Shown here one piece after another: positions 47,346 to 56,842 of a DNA stretch of 64,000 bases (within the stretch, counting starts at the first letter, position 1; each line of letters opens with the position of its first letter). Under the pieces are notes generated by a model. It was not told the origin of the DNA. It worked only from the letters and a program-made list of their open reading frames with translations, and did no database searches. Source of the DNA: Anaerolineae bacterium (lineage in GTDB: Bacteria; Chloroflexota; Anaerolineae; DUEN01); assembly GCA_025060615.1 (NCBI GenBank), contig JANXBS010000020.1:7319-71318 (forward strand), given 5' to 3'. Made by a program: the position numbers and the translations under genes.

Positions 47346-49754
47346 TCATAGCACGACCTGAACCTGAACCGGCAGGTAGATCGCCTGCATGGCTTGATCT
47401 ACCCCTTCACCCGCTATATCTACCCTCTTTCCGCTGTCCGGATCGTACATGCCCAGACAGATCCTGTACAGCCCCGGCGATAACGTCGGAGCCAGATTGA
47501 TCGCATAGAGATCGGGCACCAGATCGCCCGGACGCCAGCGGCTGGTGGGCCAGGAGTTGCCCAGCGGCGGGCTATCTCCCTGGCCAGCGAGCTGTCCGGA
47601 TGAGTCCAGCAGGTGCACGAAGACAGTGTAATCTCGATCTGGCGTAGCTTCGACCTGCCAGAACAGGCGCAGATGTAGCGTCTCCCCTGGGTGAACCTGA
47701 ACGCGGCCTTGGCCATTCTCTAGAGCGAAACCGGCCAATACCACTCCATTCGCTAACCGTGCTCTTATCGGCTGCGCCTGATCCGGAAGTTTGTCGCGGC
47801 GAGTGGCGATGGTCACTTCGCCAGAAGCGGTGAAGGATGCCAAATAGACTAGCGTATCTCCCTGGAAACGACGTGGCACAAGGTCGCCATCTTCCCCAAT
47901 GTAGGGCAACCGCGTGCTCGGATCCCATACGTTGGGGCCGCGAATCCATCCCAAGGCCATTGCATACACCTTTCCCGGCTCCAGCAGCCAATCTATGGTG
48001 TTCGCCCGCACTTCGACTATCCGGCCCGGCTGCCAGAGGCTCGTAGGATACCACACCAAAGCAGGCTGCGGAAATTCGGTGGCAGCGATAAGCGTACCAG
48101 GCTCCTCCACCAGATAGAGGATCAAGCGATAGTCCTCCTGCAGTGGGCGCAATGCCTCGAAGTACAGCGAGAGATGTGGAGCCTGGCCCGAGCGGGGATC
48201 AACCTCGTAGCCGAGGAAACGGATTACATCGCCAAAGCGGCCGGACATCCGTATATCGGGGTTGACGTCCTCAGGCAGGGCAAATCGGTAAAACGAATCG
48301 GGAAGCGGCCGGCGAGGAGCCCCCCGTTGAAATAGCACATACCCATCATCGGCAGCGATCAGGCCAAAATCCCCGCTCTCTAGGAGCCGTTGACGAAGGT
48401 AAGTCTGGATGTCGCCATAGTTGTTGCCAGGGTAGCTTTTCACATCAAGGAGGGCGTATTCGCAGTCCAGCGAATAGGGTAGTAGATGGATGGTGGACCG
48501 ATGCGTGAAGTGCGGATTAAGGTTGTCTTGAGTGCAAAGGCTAGCGTCATCCGGGATCAACCTCGCGAACTCTGCCAACCCGCGCTGATGTGAGGTGGGC
48601 CTCGGCCACTGAAAATCAGCGGCAAAGGGCATCCACGGCGAGCGGCTCGAAGACCACGCCGAGGCGAGCAGCAAGAGGCCCAGGGTTGCCGTCTGGGCTG
48701 GCTTCAGCCATGTCGGACGCCGCAATTGCGTCCAGCCCCACAGGGTTGCCAACCCGAGCGCGGCAGCGGCGGTGGCGATAGGAATCAAGGCGGCCACATA
48801 TTGGCGGCCGAACGTCCTCATCTGGCGGTCGCTACTCAGCAGGTTGATGGCCAACTCAGGGATCGCTGGTATCAACGCGGGGAGATTCAGCAGGGGTAGG
48901 CCGGCTAAGGGCAGCAGATAGTTCAGATAATACCTGCGAGCGACGTGATCCGTCAGGTTGGCTAGCATGTGTGAGGCGGCCGCGCGTGACATCGCAGCTT
49001 GATAACGGGACAGGTACGGAGAGCGACCGACGATGTTGTAAGCCGGAATGATGACGAAAGTGGCGATCGTGAACCAGGCCAAGGCTAGCAGGACGACGAC
49101 GATGCCGAAGCATCGCCGTTTTTGCATCAGCCAGGCCCACACTCCTAAGCCGGCGACCGCTAATGGGATGTTCTCCTTCGTCGCCATTGCCAGGGTGGCG
49201 ACGAGGGCAAATGGCCCATTGCGCTTCTCTTCCACGAAGTCGAAGGCGGCCAACAGCAAGGGAGCGGCCAGGGCGACGGCGTGGAAATCGCTGGTGACTA
49301 ACGAGTGTAGGCCAGGATGGGCGAGATAGGCCAAAGCGAGGCTCGCGCCAGCGGCTTCACTGTACAGCCGGCGACGGGCCAGGCGATATGCCGGGATCGC
49401 CCCCAAGGCCACAGCCGCAGCCTGAAGGATCAATAAGGCCCGCACATCTTCCCATAGCCAGTACAGAGGGACTAGGAGAAAATAGATCGGCTCGACGTGC
49501 ATCCCCAGCCGAGTGGGCTCTCGGAACCAGTTGTCCTTGCCAACCCAATTGGTGAATCGCAGCGGCCGGCCATGGGCTGTGTTCCACAAGGCTTGGTCGG
49601 CGTTCCCCAGATCGTAACCGGCTGTCTGGAATGCCTCATGGCGGGCGACCGACAGCGCGCCGAAGTATATCGCAAACGCCAGGGTGGCCAGGATCGTAAG
49701 CAGCAAACCCCACTTGCGGAACACGATCAAGCTTTTCACGGCTTGTGTCGCCAT
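47346..49754 (-). CDS. DUF2079-family GT-C membrane protein with two C-terminal beta modules
   Basis: YDLGNADQALWNT, MHVEPIY, DFH, KEN; close paralogue of 39458..42037. Confidence 0.8.
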   Translation of the reverse strand: MATQAVKSLIVFRKWGLLLTILATLAFAIYFGALSVARHEAFQTAGYDLGNADQALWNTAHGRPLRFTNWVGKDNWFREPTRLGMHVEPIYFLLVPLYWLWEDVRALLILQAAAVALGAIPAYRLARRRLYSEAAGASLALAYLAHPGLHSLVTSDFHAVALAAPLLLAAFDFVEEKRNGPFALVATLAMATKENIPLAVAGLGVWAWLMQKRRCFGIVVVLLALAWFTIATFVIIPAYNIVGRSPYLSRYQAAMSRAAASHMLANLTDHVARRYYLNYLLPLAGLPLLNLPALIPAIPELAINLLSSDRQMRTFGRQYVAALIPIATAAAALGLATLWGWTQLRRPTWLKPAQTATLGLLLLASAWSSSRSPWMPFAADFQWPRPTSHQRGLAEFARLIPDDASLCTQDNLNPHFTHRSTIHLLPYSLDCEYALLDVKSYPGNNYGDIQTYLRQRLLESGDFGLIAADDGYVLFQRGAPRRPLPDSFYRFALPEDVNPDIRMSGRFGDVIRFLGYEVDPRSGQAPHLSLYFEALRPLQEDYRLILYLVEEPGTLIAATEFPQPALVWYPTSLWQPGRIVEVRANTIDWLLEPGKVYAMALGWIRGPNVWDPSTRLPYIGEDGDLVPRRFQGDTLVYLASFTASGEVTIATRRDKLPDQAQPIRARLANGVVLAGFALENGQGRVQVHPGETLHLRLFWQVEATPDRDYTVFVHLLDSSGQLAGQGDSPPLGNSWPTSRWRPGDLVPDLYAINLAPTLSPGLYRICLGMYDPDSGKRVDIAGEGVDQAMQAIYLPVQVQVVL

Positions 49755-51955
49755 AGGCGCGGCAGCACCTGCACACGTAGAGGCAGCAAGATGCGATCGC
49801 CTGCGGGCTGGCCAAACGCGTCCACGACGTTCAGCCGGACGCCTGTGGCCGGATCGTACATCCCCACTTCAAGCCAATAATCCCCAGCCCGCGCATCCCA
49901 GGGTATTTTGAGCCTATACCGGTCCACGATCACTGTGCGTTCGGGCCAGGCATCGGTGGGCATTGTCCCGTTCACCGGCGGGTTATCCTTCGCTGCGGCC
50001 AGGGTTCCATCCGGCGTAAGTAGATGTGTGAAGACCGTGTAGGAACCGACCTGCTCTCCTGCTTTCCCCGAGGGCGGTTCCACGAGCAGCCAATACAACT
50101 GCAATGTAATCCTCTGACCCGGCATAGCTAGAGGCGGATCTACGTGCGCGTTGATCAGCCGAAAACGGCCGCCCAGCGTGCCCAGCCCAGCCGGCGACCA
50201 GCTTGGATCGGCCCCCACGCGATACAAGCTGCCCCTGGGCATGTTTAGCTTCATCATGGGCCGGCCCGCCGCCAACCGCTCGACGAACTCCGTCCCTTCG
50301 TCATCGCCCACCCAGATCCAAGGCTCACTATTGGAATGGGGCAGCTTCTCTAACAGGGCATCCCACCGTGGTCCTGGCGCCAGAACCAGGTCAACCTGAT
50401 CCCGCAAAAACGGATAGAGATGGCGAAACACGATCCCATCGGTGGTGATCACCGTCTCTTGCGGGATCGTCCTCTGTGCCTGTAGGAGAGCGATGGTTGC
50501 TGCGTAGGGTTCACGGATGAGCCGGGAAGAGATGTACGCGTTCCACGCCGGCTTCAGAAGGGCAATGCCGGCCAAGACAACGAGCCCGGCGGCGATGAAG
50601 ACCGCGCGCGGCCACCACGAGGGCGGAAGATACGATGGGCGCACTGTGATCAGGGCGAAGTCGGCGGTGAGGATCGTTAATAGCCCTGTACGGGCCAACA
50701 CGACAGCTCCTAATAACCACGGAGCATCAGAAAGCATACTGGCCAGGATCGGGTGTTCGATCGTGTTCAGCCCGGTGAACAGCACCACATAGGTTAAGCC
50801 GCGCAGATGGGGCATCAGCAGGATGATCAACGGCAGCAGATAGACCAGGTACTGCGGATTCCACGCTTTGAAATAGAGGAACAGCAAGGCCACGGTGAAC
50901 CCGGTCAGCGCGAGGACGCGATGCGGCGTGTTGTCATGGCGTCGCCGCGTCCAAACGGCCAGATAGATCAGCCCGAACACCAGCGTGACCAACGCCCAGG
51001 GCACGCGCGAGGCATGCAGGGAGACATCCGCCAGCGGATCAGCGCGATCGCCGACCACGGCCCCGATGCGGTCAAAGCCATCTAGCAACGCCCAAATCGT
51101 AGACCAGCTCGACCGGGCGACCAGGCTGCGAGCGAAGGCCATGAAATAGGCCGGGCTAAGGGCATAGGCGATAGCCGCAATGGGAACCATAACGAGTAGC
51201 CCGGCGCCGATCAACGCAATCTTGGAGCCCCAGCCGCGCAGCGCACGCAAAGCCGGCCCCAACAAGACGATAGGGAATAGCTTAATAGCCGTCCCTGCGC
51301 CGATGAGAAGCCCCGCCAGCACCGGCCGTGCTGCCAGGATTGCCCACAACCCCAACAACAGGAAGGCTAACGGCAGTGAATCAAACGCGCTGGTCATGGT
51401 GTAAACCGGCACGAACAGCCCAGCATACAGCCAAGCTGTGCGCACTGCCCTATCCTTGTCCCATGTGTGCAAGGCGATCCCGTATAGCGCAAGGAAGCTT
51501 ACCGTCTCGCAGGCCAGCAGGAAGAGCGCTAGTGGGACATGAAACCACAATCGATCGTCCTCCCACAATGGGATCGGACGCACCAGCTGATACAGGGCGA
51601 CTGTCAGCCAGGGGAACGGGGGCGGATATTCCGACCAGTAATCCCGGAACGGGAAGGCCCCTCGATCTATCTGGCTAGCTCCGCCTAGATAGTAGACGAA
51701 ATCTGAATAATCACGGACATAGCCACCCGGCCGGTACAGGAGCGCGGTGAAGAAGCGAAAGGTAATGAACAACACCAGCAACAACACGAAGTCGCTGTGC
51801 GCCTGATAGCGCGCGCGAACAGAAGCCTCTAAATCGAACCCATTTCTCAGGCCTCTGAGACAGATAAGCTTCGGAAACCTGATCGGACGATCTCTTAGAG
51901 ATCCCCCGAGCCAACCTTGCTGGGGAGCTGTCTTTTGCTCGATTGTGTCGGTCAT
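49736..51955 (-). CDS. GT87/DUF2029-like GT-C membrane protein with one C-terminal beta module
   Basis: SDFVYY, DYWSEYPP, FDSLP, IKLFP, WNPQYLVY. Start moved to ATG 51955 (ATGA overlap with the upstream stop). Confidence 0.72.
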   Translation of the reverse strand: MTDTIEQKTAPQQGWLGGSLRDRPIRFPKLICLRGLRNGFDLEASVRARYQAHSDFVLLLVLFITFRFFTALLYRPGGYVRDYSDFVYYLGGASQIDRGAFPFRDYWSEYPPPFPWLTVALYQLVRPIPLWEDDRLWFHVPLALFLLACETVSFLALYGIALHTWDKDRAVRTAWLYAGLFVPVYTMTSAFDSLPLAFLLLGLWAILAARPVLAGLLIGAGTAIKLFPIVLLGPALRALRGWGSKIALIGAGLLVMVPIAAIAYALSPAYFMAFARSLVARSSWSTIWALLDGFDRIGAVVGDRADPLADVSLHASRVPWALVTLVFGLIYLAVWTRRRHDNTPHRVLALTGFTVALLFLYFKAWNPQYLVYLLPLIILLMPHLRGLTYVVLFTGLNTIEHPILASMLSDAPWLLGAVVLARTGLLTILTADFALITVRPSYLPPSWWPRAVFIAAGLVVLAGIALLKPAWNAYISSRLIREPYAATIALLQAQRTIPQETVITTDGIVFRHLYPFLRDQVDLVLAPGPRWDALLEKLPHSNSEPWIWVGDDEGTEFVERLAAGRPMMKLNMPRGSLYRVGADPSWSPAGLGTLGGRFRLINAHVDPPLAMPGQRITLQLYWLLVEPPSGKAGEQVGSYTVFTHLLTPDGTLAAAKDNPPVNGTMPTDAWPERTVIVDRYRLKIPWDARAGDYWLEVGMYDPATGVRLNVVDAFGQPAGDRILLPLRVQVLPRLWRHKP

Positions 51956-53721
51956 CGTCGATTGGAACGCTGATAGAGCGCGACTAGTGGCACTCCTTGA
52001 TAGTCCAATGTCCACACAGGCTGATGCTGCGCCATGTAGTCTACCACATAGTCGAAAAACGTCGTCTGTCGGTATTCGACGATGGCGAAGTCAGCCTGAT
52101 CCATGCCCCCCTCTGTCCACTTCACGCCGGAATCGTCGTAGAACGATCCCCACCCTGGCGGCCGGACCATCACCAAATCGTCTCGCAGTAACCCAGCCTT
52201 TTGATAGTAATACATCACATCCCAACTATTGGGCATGACCCATACCGTTGCTCCGGGAGCAGCCCGACGATTCAGCTCGGGCAGGACCGCCCGATAGGTA
52301 GACGCCCAGTAGATGGTCTCCAATTGCAGGCGATGAGCGCCGCGTACACCACCGATGGCCTCGTTGTAGTAGGCCAGCTCGAACGGATGCAGGCGGACGA
52401 TGGCGAGAGCGCCGGGCGCAAGCATGGCGATACCCAAGACGACGGTGAGGAGCTCGGGCCATGCCTTCCTCATAACGATGGGCGATGGGAGACTCCCGCC
52501 CGAGATCCGTCGTTCATCGTCTCGCGTACGCGCAAAAGCACGCGAGGAGAGCCAGCGTGCTGCTGTATCGAACCCTAGACCGACCAACGGCGCTAGAAAC
52601 ACATAGGTCGGCATAAGCAGGCGATCGCCATCGAAGGCGCGGCTGCTCGGCCGCATAAACCATGCCACGGGGAGCAGCGCCTGGATCAGCCACAGCCTGG
52701 CCGCCAGTTGCGTCGGCCCCGGCCGGATCCCCTGGGCCGCGCCGATCGCGGCCAGCGCCAGCAACGGGACCGGCACCGTCACCAGCACCGTAACGATTGG
52801 GAAGTGCCATGGTGGCTCTAGGTAGGTTTTGCCGAGGTAGTACTGGTAGATCTCGTAGTGGCTAACGGTGAAAAAGCGTGCCCAGTTGATCAGTTTGGAA
52901 CCGGTTTCCGACCAAAACCAAGGGAACAATACGATGAGTGTCAGCAGGCCCAGCGGGCCCATCAGGATCAGACGCCCCCACAGGTCCCAGCGTCGCCGCT
53001 GATCACGAGAGGCGAGCACCCACAGCACCACGCCTATCGAGGCCAACACGTTGCTGATCTTCGTGGCAAGCGCCAGCCCGAAGGCCAGCCCGGGCACAAT
53101 CCACGTCCACAGCTGGCTGAAACCTCGCAAGCTGCTCCAAGAAGGCTTCACCGTAGAAGGATCCTGGGCGTTTCCAGCGGCCTCCGTGATGAGGGTGAGC
53201 CGCCAGAAGACCCACACGGCAAAAAACCACAGGGCCGCCGCCGGCAAGTCCAGCCCTGCGACATGCGCGTGGAAGAAAAGCCGGGGCATATCAAGCAACG
53301 CCAAAGCTCCTACCAGCGCGCCGATCCGCCCAGCCCCGGCCTGACGCACGGCTACATAGATCCACGCAGCCAACGTTGCAGACAACGCCATCGGCCCTAC
53401 CCGGTGCGCCGTGGGCAGAGGAAGCCAATTTCGGGTCAACGCCCACCCCAACCCGCTGATCGCCTTGGCCAGGGGGGGATGCTCGTGGTTTAAGCCGAAG
53501 CTAAGGCCGATGGCCGTTGGGTTTAGTGACTCACTCACATCCCCACGGACCAACCCACGAATCAGCATCCCCAGCCAGAGGATGATGCGCTGGCCGTTTT
53601 CGGCGTAGACCGGCTCATCCCACCCGACGGCCAACGTCCGCTCAGTGGCGAAGAGTACCCCAAATACGCTGATGGCCAGGATCAATGCAATCCAGCGATC
53701 CTGATGATCCCACCGGCTCAC
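51952..53721 (-). CDS. PMT/ArnT-like (GT39/83) membrane glycosyltransferase
   Basis: GWDEPVY, NHEHPPLAK, FFHAHVAGLD, GLALATKIS, HPFELAYYNE; GTGA overlap with the upstream gene. Confidence 0.8.
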   Translation of the reverse strand: MSRWDHQDRWIALILAISVFGVLFATERTLAVGWDEPVYAENGQRIILWLGMLIRGLVRGDVSESLNPTAIGLSFGLNHEHPPLAKAISGLGWALTRNWLPLPTAHRVGPMALSATLAAWIYVAVRQAGAGRIGALVGALALLDMPRLFFHAHVAGLDLPAAALWFFAVWVFWRLTLITEAAGNAQDPSTVKPSWSSLRGFSQLWTWIVPGLAFGLALATKISNVLASIGVVLWVLASRDQRRRWDLWGRLILMGPLGLLTLIVLFPWFWSETGSKLINWARFFTVSHYEIYQYYLGKTYLEPPWHFPIVTVLVTVPVPLLALAAIGAAQGIRPGPTQLAARLWLIQALLPVAWFMRPSSRAFDGDRLLMPTYVFLAPLVGLGFDTAARWLSSRAFARTRDDERRISGGSLPSPIVMRKAWPELLTVVLGIAMLAPGALAIVRLHPFELAYYNEAIGGVRGAHRLQLETIYWASTYRAVLPELNRRAAPGATVWVMPNSWDVMYYYQKAGLLRDDLVMVRPPGWGSFYDDSGVKWTEGGMDQADFAIVEYRQTTFFDYVVDYMAQHQPVWTLDYQGVPLVALYQRSNRR

Positions 53722-56700
53722 GGCGTTTCCCCCACAGCGATTTCTCCCAGCATGACGTGATCCGCCGTTGGACTCCCAGTCGCATCCAACACCAGCAACC
53801 GTTCGAGCGAATCGGGACGATAGAGCCCGGCTTCTAGCAAATACACGCCGGCAGGAAGGTCTGGCGGTATCGTCAATCGGTAGCGATCGGCCAGGACCTC
53901 ACCCGGCAGCCAGCCGGTGGTGGGGAATTGCCCTTCGCCTGGCACCTGGTCCCTCTGGGCTACGACCGTGCGATCGGCGTCTAACATGTGCACGAAGCCG
54001 ATATGTGACACGTCCCATGTCCTCAGCGGTTGCCAGTACAGGGTGACCAGATACGTCTCGCCGGCCTTCCAGCGTCGCGCCGGCCGGCCGGCCTCATCGG
54101 TCAGGTCGCATCCCAACAAGATCACTTGGTTACTCAGGTTTACATCGAGGCGAAGCTGCATGGAAGGAACGATGAATGTGTGAGGCCGCCCACGCACGCG
54201 GATCGTGCCGGCTGATGCCCGGGCCACTTCCCGACCGGCCTCGTCCTGGATCACCAGGAACGCCTGATAGAGCCCATCAGACAGCCCTGGGGGAAGCAAG
54301 GCATTCCATATGTCGCGGACGATGGCGCGAGGAGGCCATCGTTCTGGTGAGTAAGCACCGCCTATTGGATGCGTAGACGGCCGTTCCCAAGTCTGACCCT
54401 GCGCATCCTGCAAGATTAATCGAACGTTGAACGCATGGGATGGGGCAACAGCGGTGAGGCGCTGCTTCTCCCCGGCCTGCCACCATAGCACTAGTGGCCA
54501 GGGCGCCCCGTCTGGAAGTTCATCGGCCTCATAGCTCAGGCCTAATAACGTGATATCGCCAGCTGCGAGGTCTAGCCGTTGTCTGATCTCCAGGCGCTTA
54601 GGATCGGCCGGAACCGGCTCCGGCCCGATGGTCACATGGCCAAGCCTCAAGCGATCGCCTAGTGGTGCGCCATCGCTCGCTGTGATCGTCAAGTTGCGCC
54701 CCAGCGAGGGCGAGAACAGCGCGATCTCTAGCTCGTAGGTGCCAGGCGGGGTGCCTGGAAACGCAGACACCGCCTGGGCGTCACGAATGCGCATTCCGGG
54801 TAGCCAGCGATCCAACGGCAGAAAGCCGTCCACCGGCGGCCGGTCGTGCCTGCCCCAGATGCGTCCAGCGCTGTCACGCAGCCCGACAAACACGCTGAGA
54901 TCAGGGACGGGCGGTTTCAACACTTCCCAGTACAGGCGCAGGTTGCCCCGTCCAGCCAGCAACGGATCAGCCGGCGGCTCCCAGCCGAGCAGCCTGATTT
55001 GCCCCTCGAACACGGCGTCAAGGGGGATCACGTCGGTAGGCAGTGGCCCTGGCGGCACCATCGGCCCCGGATAGACCCAGGCGTAGTCAATGCCCGCGAG
55101 CCTGACGGTAAACTCGGCCGGCTGCTCTCGAAAATACCGGATGACCTGAGGGGCTGGCAGGGAGCGCTGTACTTGATTGACATACAGAACCACATAGTGG
55201 GCCATCGCCCATGGCCAAAAGCCGTCGGGTAATTGCTGATTGAGCTCCATAGTGCGGCCGGCGAAGTACGGGTCCAGGACAGAGGGATACCAGGCCGCCG
55301 CCATCTGGTGCGCGGAGCCGTCCTGGGCCGATAGCCACTTCCCTGCCTGATCTAACCCCTCGCCGTTGCCGATCATGAGGATTTGACGGGCGACGGAGGC
55401 GCCGCCAGCGAGCGGGCTGTAGAAGGCCTGTAGATCGGGGAAAACCGACAGCAGAAAAGCCGCCTGAGCGATGGCTAACAAAAGTTGAGCGGTCGCAGAG
55501 GGGTGACGAGCGAGACGAGAAAGCGGACGATAGGTGATGGACGAGAGACAACGCGCGAGCGCATGGATGCCCGTGGCGGCGATCAGCGCCAGCGCGGGAT
55601 AGGCCGGGATCAGGTAGCGATCGAACTTAGTCTCCGCCATCGTCAGCCCGGCCATCAGCGCAACTAGGAAGATCAGCCACGCTGCGATCAACCCTGGCCG
55701 GTGAATCCGCTGCCGAGCGGCCGAGACGGCCATCGCCACGAGCGTACCCAGCACAGCCAATAACGTCACTGGCGAGGTGCGGAAGAGCAGCGCCAGCGGG
55801 TAAAAGGCCGGGCCGGGAGCGTCTACGGTTTGCCCTAAAAAGAACTGATGGCGCTCGCCCAGCTCGACCTGCGTGATCTGCGCGTTTATCTTTTGCACGA
55901 CGCTGATAGAATCCACCCACAGCGCCGGCCAGAGGGCGACCGCGGTGAGCACGGCCAGCATCACCCAGCCGACCAGGACCACCCCCAGCGTCCTCCATTG
56001 CCCGTTGTCCTTCGACCGCCGCTTATCGTCTATCGCCCATCGCCTTAAAACAGCCCAGCTCGCCACCACCGGCCACAGGATGAGCGCTGGCAGCTTGGTG
56101 ATGATCGCTAGCCCACCCAGGATGCCAGAGATAATCACCCAGCGTCGGCCGTGACCATCCAAATAACACAGGAAAGCCAACAGCGACAGGGTCATTAGGT
56201 TGCCCTGGAGCGCGTCGGTGGTGATCACCCGATTGTAGCCGAGCCAAAACGGCTCCAGTGCCAACAATACCGCCGCCATCAGCGCGATCTCCCGGCCGTG
56301 GACGCGACTGGCCCATCGGTAGATCAGCACGGTGCACAGCGAAGTGACCACGGCGAAGGGGATGCGGGCGGCAATGTAGTAGTCCAGGGATGGGTATGCA
56401 TCGCGTGGAAGGACGGTGATCTCCAAGGTGGGGATGGGCTCGCCGAGGACAGCGGACCGGCCGGCCAGCCCCGCGGCGATCAGCCATAGATTGGTGACTC
56501 CGGGATGGGCGCTGCCGTAGGTGTTTGCCCAATCACCGGCTTGCAAGGCCAGCAGAAACCGGGCACCGCGGCGCAGCCACTCCACGCTATCCACGACGAT
56601 GGGCTGGCCGATCCAGAGCAAGCGGAGCAGCAAGGAGATGAGGAACAGCCCAATTGAGAAGGCTAGAAGGGACGAAGAGCGGGAAACGGGAAACGAGAAG

Positions 56701-56822
56701 CGAGAGATGAGGGACAGAGCTTGTCGTCCCTGATCGTCCTGTTGTCCCGCTACCTCTGGCCTGTCGGTCAAGGCAAGCCTAGCTCCTCGCTGCCCCGTTC
56801 TCCCGTTGCCTCGTTGCTCCAT
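53718..56822 (-). CDS. PMT/ArnT-like membrane glycosyltransferase with three C-terminal beta modules
   Basis: HPGVT, LALEPFWLGYNR..TTD, LAIITKLP, TKFDRYLIP, QAFYSPL. Start moved to ATG 56822, 21 nt after the argS stop. Confidence 0.8.
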   Translation of the reverse strand: MEQRGNGRTGQRGARLALTDRPEVAGQQDDQGRQALSLISRFSFPVSRSSSLLAFSIGLFLISLLLRLLWIGQPIVVDSVEWLRRGARFLLALQAGDWANTYGSAHPGVTNLWLIAAGLAGRSAVLGEPIPTLEITVLPRDAYPSLDYYIAARIPFAVVTSLCTVLIYRWASRVHGREIALMAAVLLALEPFWLGYNRVITTDALQGNLMTLSLLAFLCYLDGHGRRWVIISGILGGLAIITKLPALILWPVVASWAVLRRWAIDDKRRSKDNGQWRTLGVVLVGWVMLAVLTAVALWPALWVDSISVVQKINAQITQVELGERHQFFLGQTVDAPGPAFYPLALLFRTSPVTLLAVLGTLVAMAVSAARQRIHRPGLIAAWLIFLVALMAGLTMAETKFDRYLIPAYPALALIAATGIHALARCLSSITYRPLSRLARHPSATAQLLLAIAQAAFLLSVFPDLQAFYSPLAGGASVARQILMIGNGEGLDQAGKWLSAQDGSAHQMAAAWYPSVLDPYFAGRTMELNQQLPDGFWPWAMAHYVVLYVNQVQRSLPAPQVIRYFREQPAEFTVRLAGIDYAWVYPGPMVPPGPLPTDVIPLDAVFEGQIRLLGWEPPADPLLAGRGNLRLYWEVLKPPVPDLSVFVGLRDSAGRIWGRHDRPPVDGFLPLDRWLPGMRIRDAQAVSAFPGTPPGTYELEIALFSPSLGRNLTITASDGAPLGDRLRLGHVTIGPEPVPADPKRLEIRQRLDLAAGDITLLGLSYEADELPDGAPWPLVLWWQAGEKQRLTAVAPSHAFNVRLILQDAQGQTWERPSTHPIGGAYSPERWPPRAIVRDIWNALLPPGLSDGLYQAFLVIQDEAGREVARASAGTIRVRGRPHTFIVPSMQLRLDVNLSNQVILLGCDLTDEAGRPARRWKAGETYLVTLYWQPLRTWDVSHIGFVHMLDADRTVVAQRDQVPGEGQFPTTGWLPGEVLADRYRLTIPPDLPAGVYLLEAGLYRPDSLERLLVLDATGSPTADHVMLGEIAVGETP
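55996..56044 (-). repeat. Seven degenerate heptamer repeats inside a CDS
   Basis: Minus strand: GGCGATG GGCGATA GACGATA AGCGGCG GTCGAAG GACAACG GGCAATG (RWAIDDKRRSKDNGQW). Confidence 0.65.
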
Positions 56823-56840
56823 CTCCTCGTCGCCTGTTCC
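56680..56840. repeat. Heptamer array (56680-56714) and octamer array (56785-56840) at the 5' end of a GT gene
   Basis: CGGGAAA CGGGAAA CGAGAAG CGAGAGA TGAGGGA; CCTCGCTG CCCCGTTC TCCCGTTG CCTCGTTG CTCCATCT CCTCGTCG CCTGTTCC. Confidence 0.65.
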
Positions 56841-56842
56841 CT

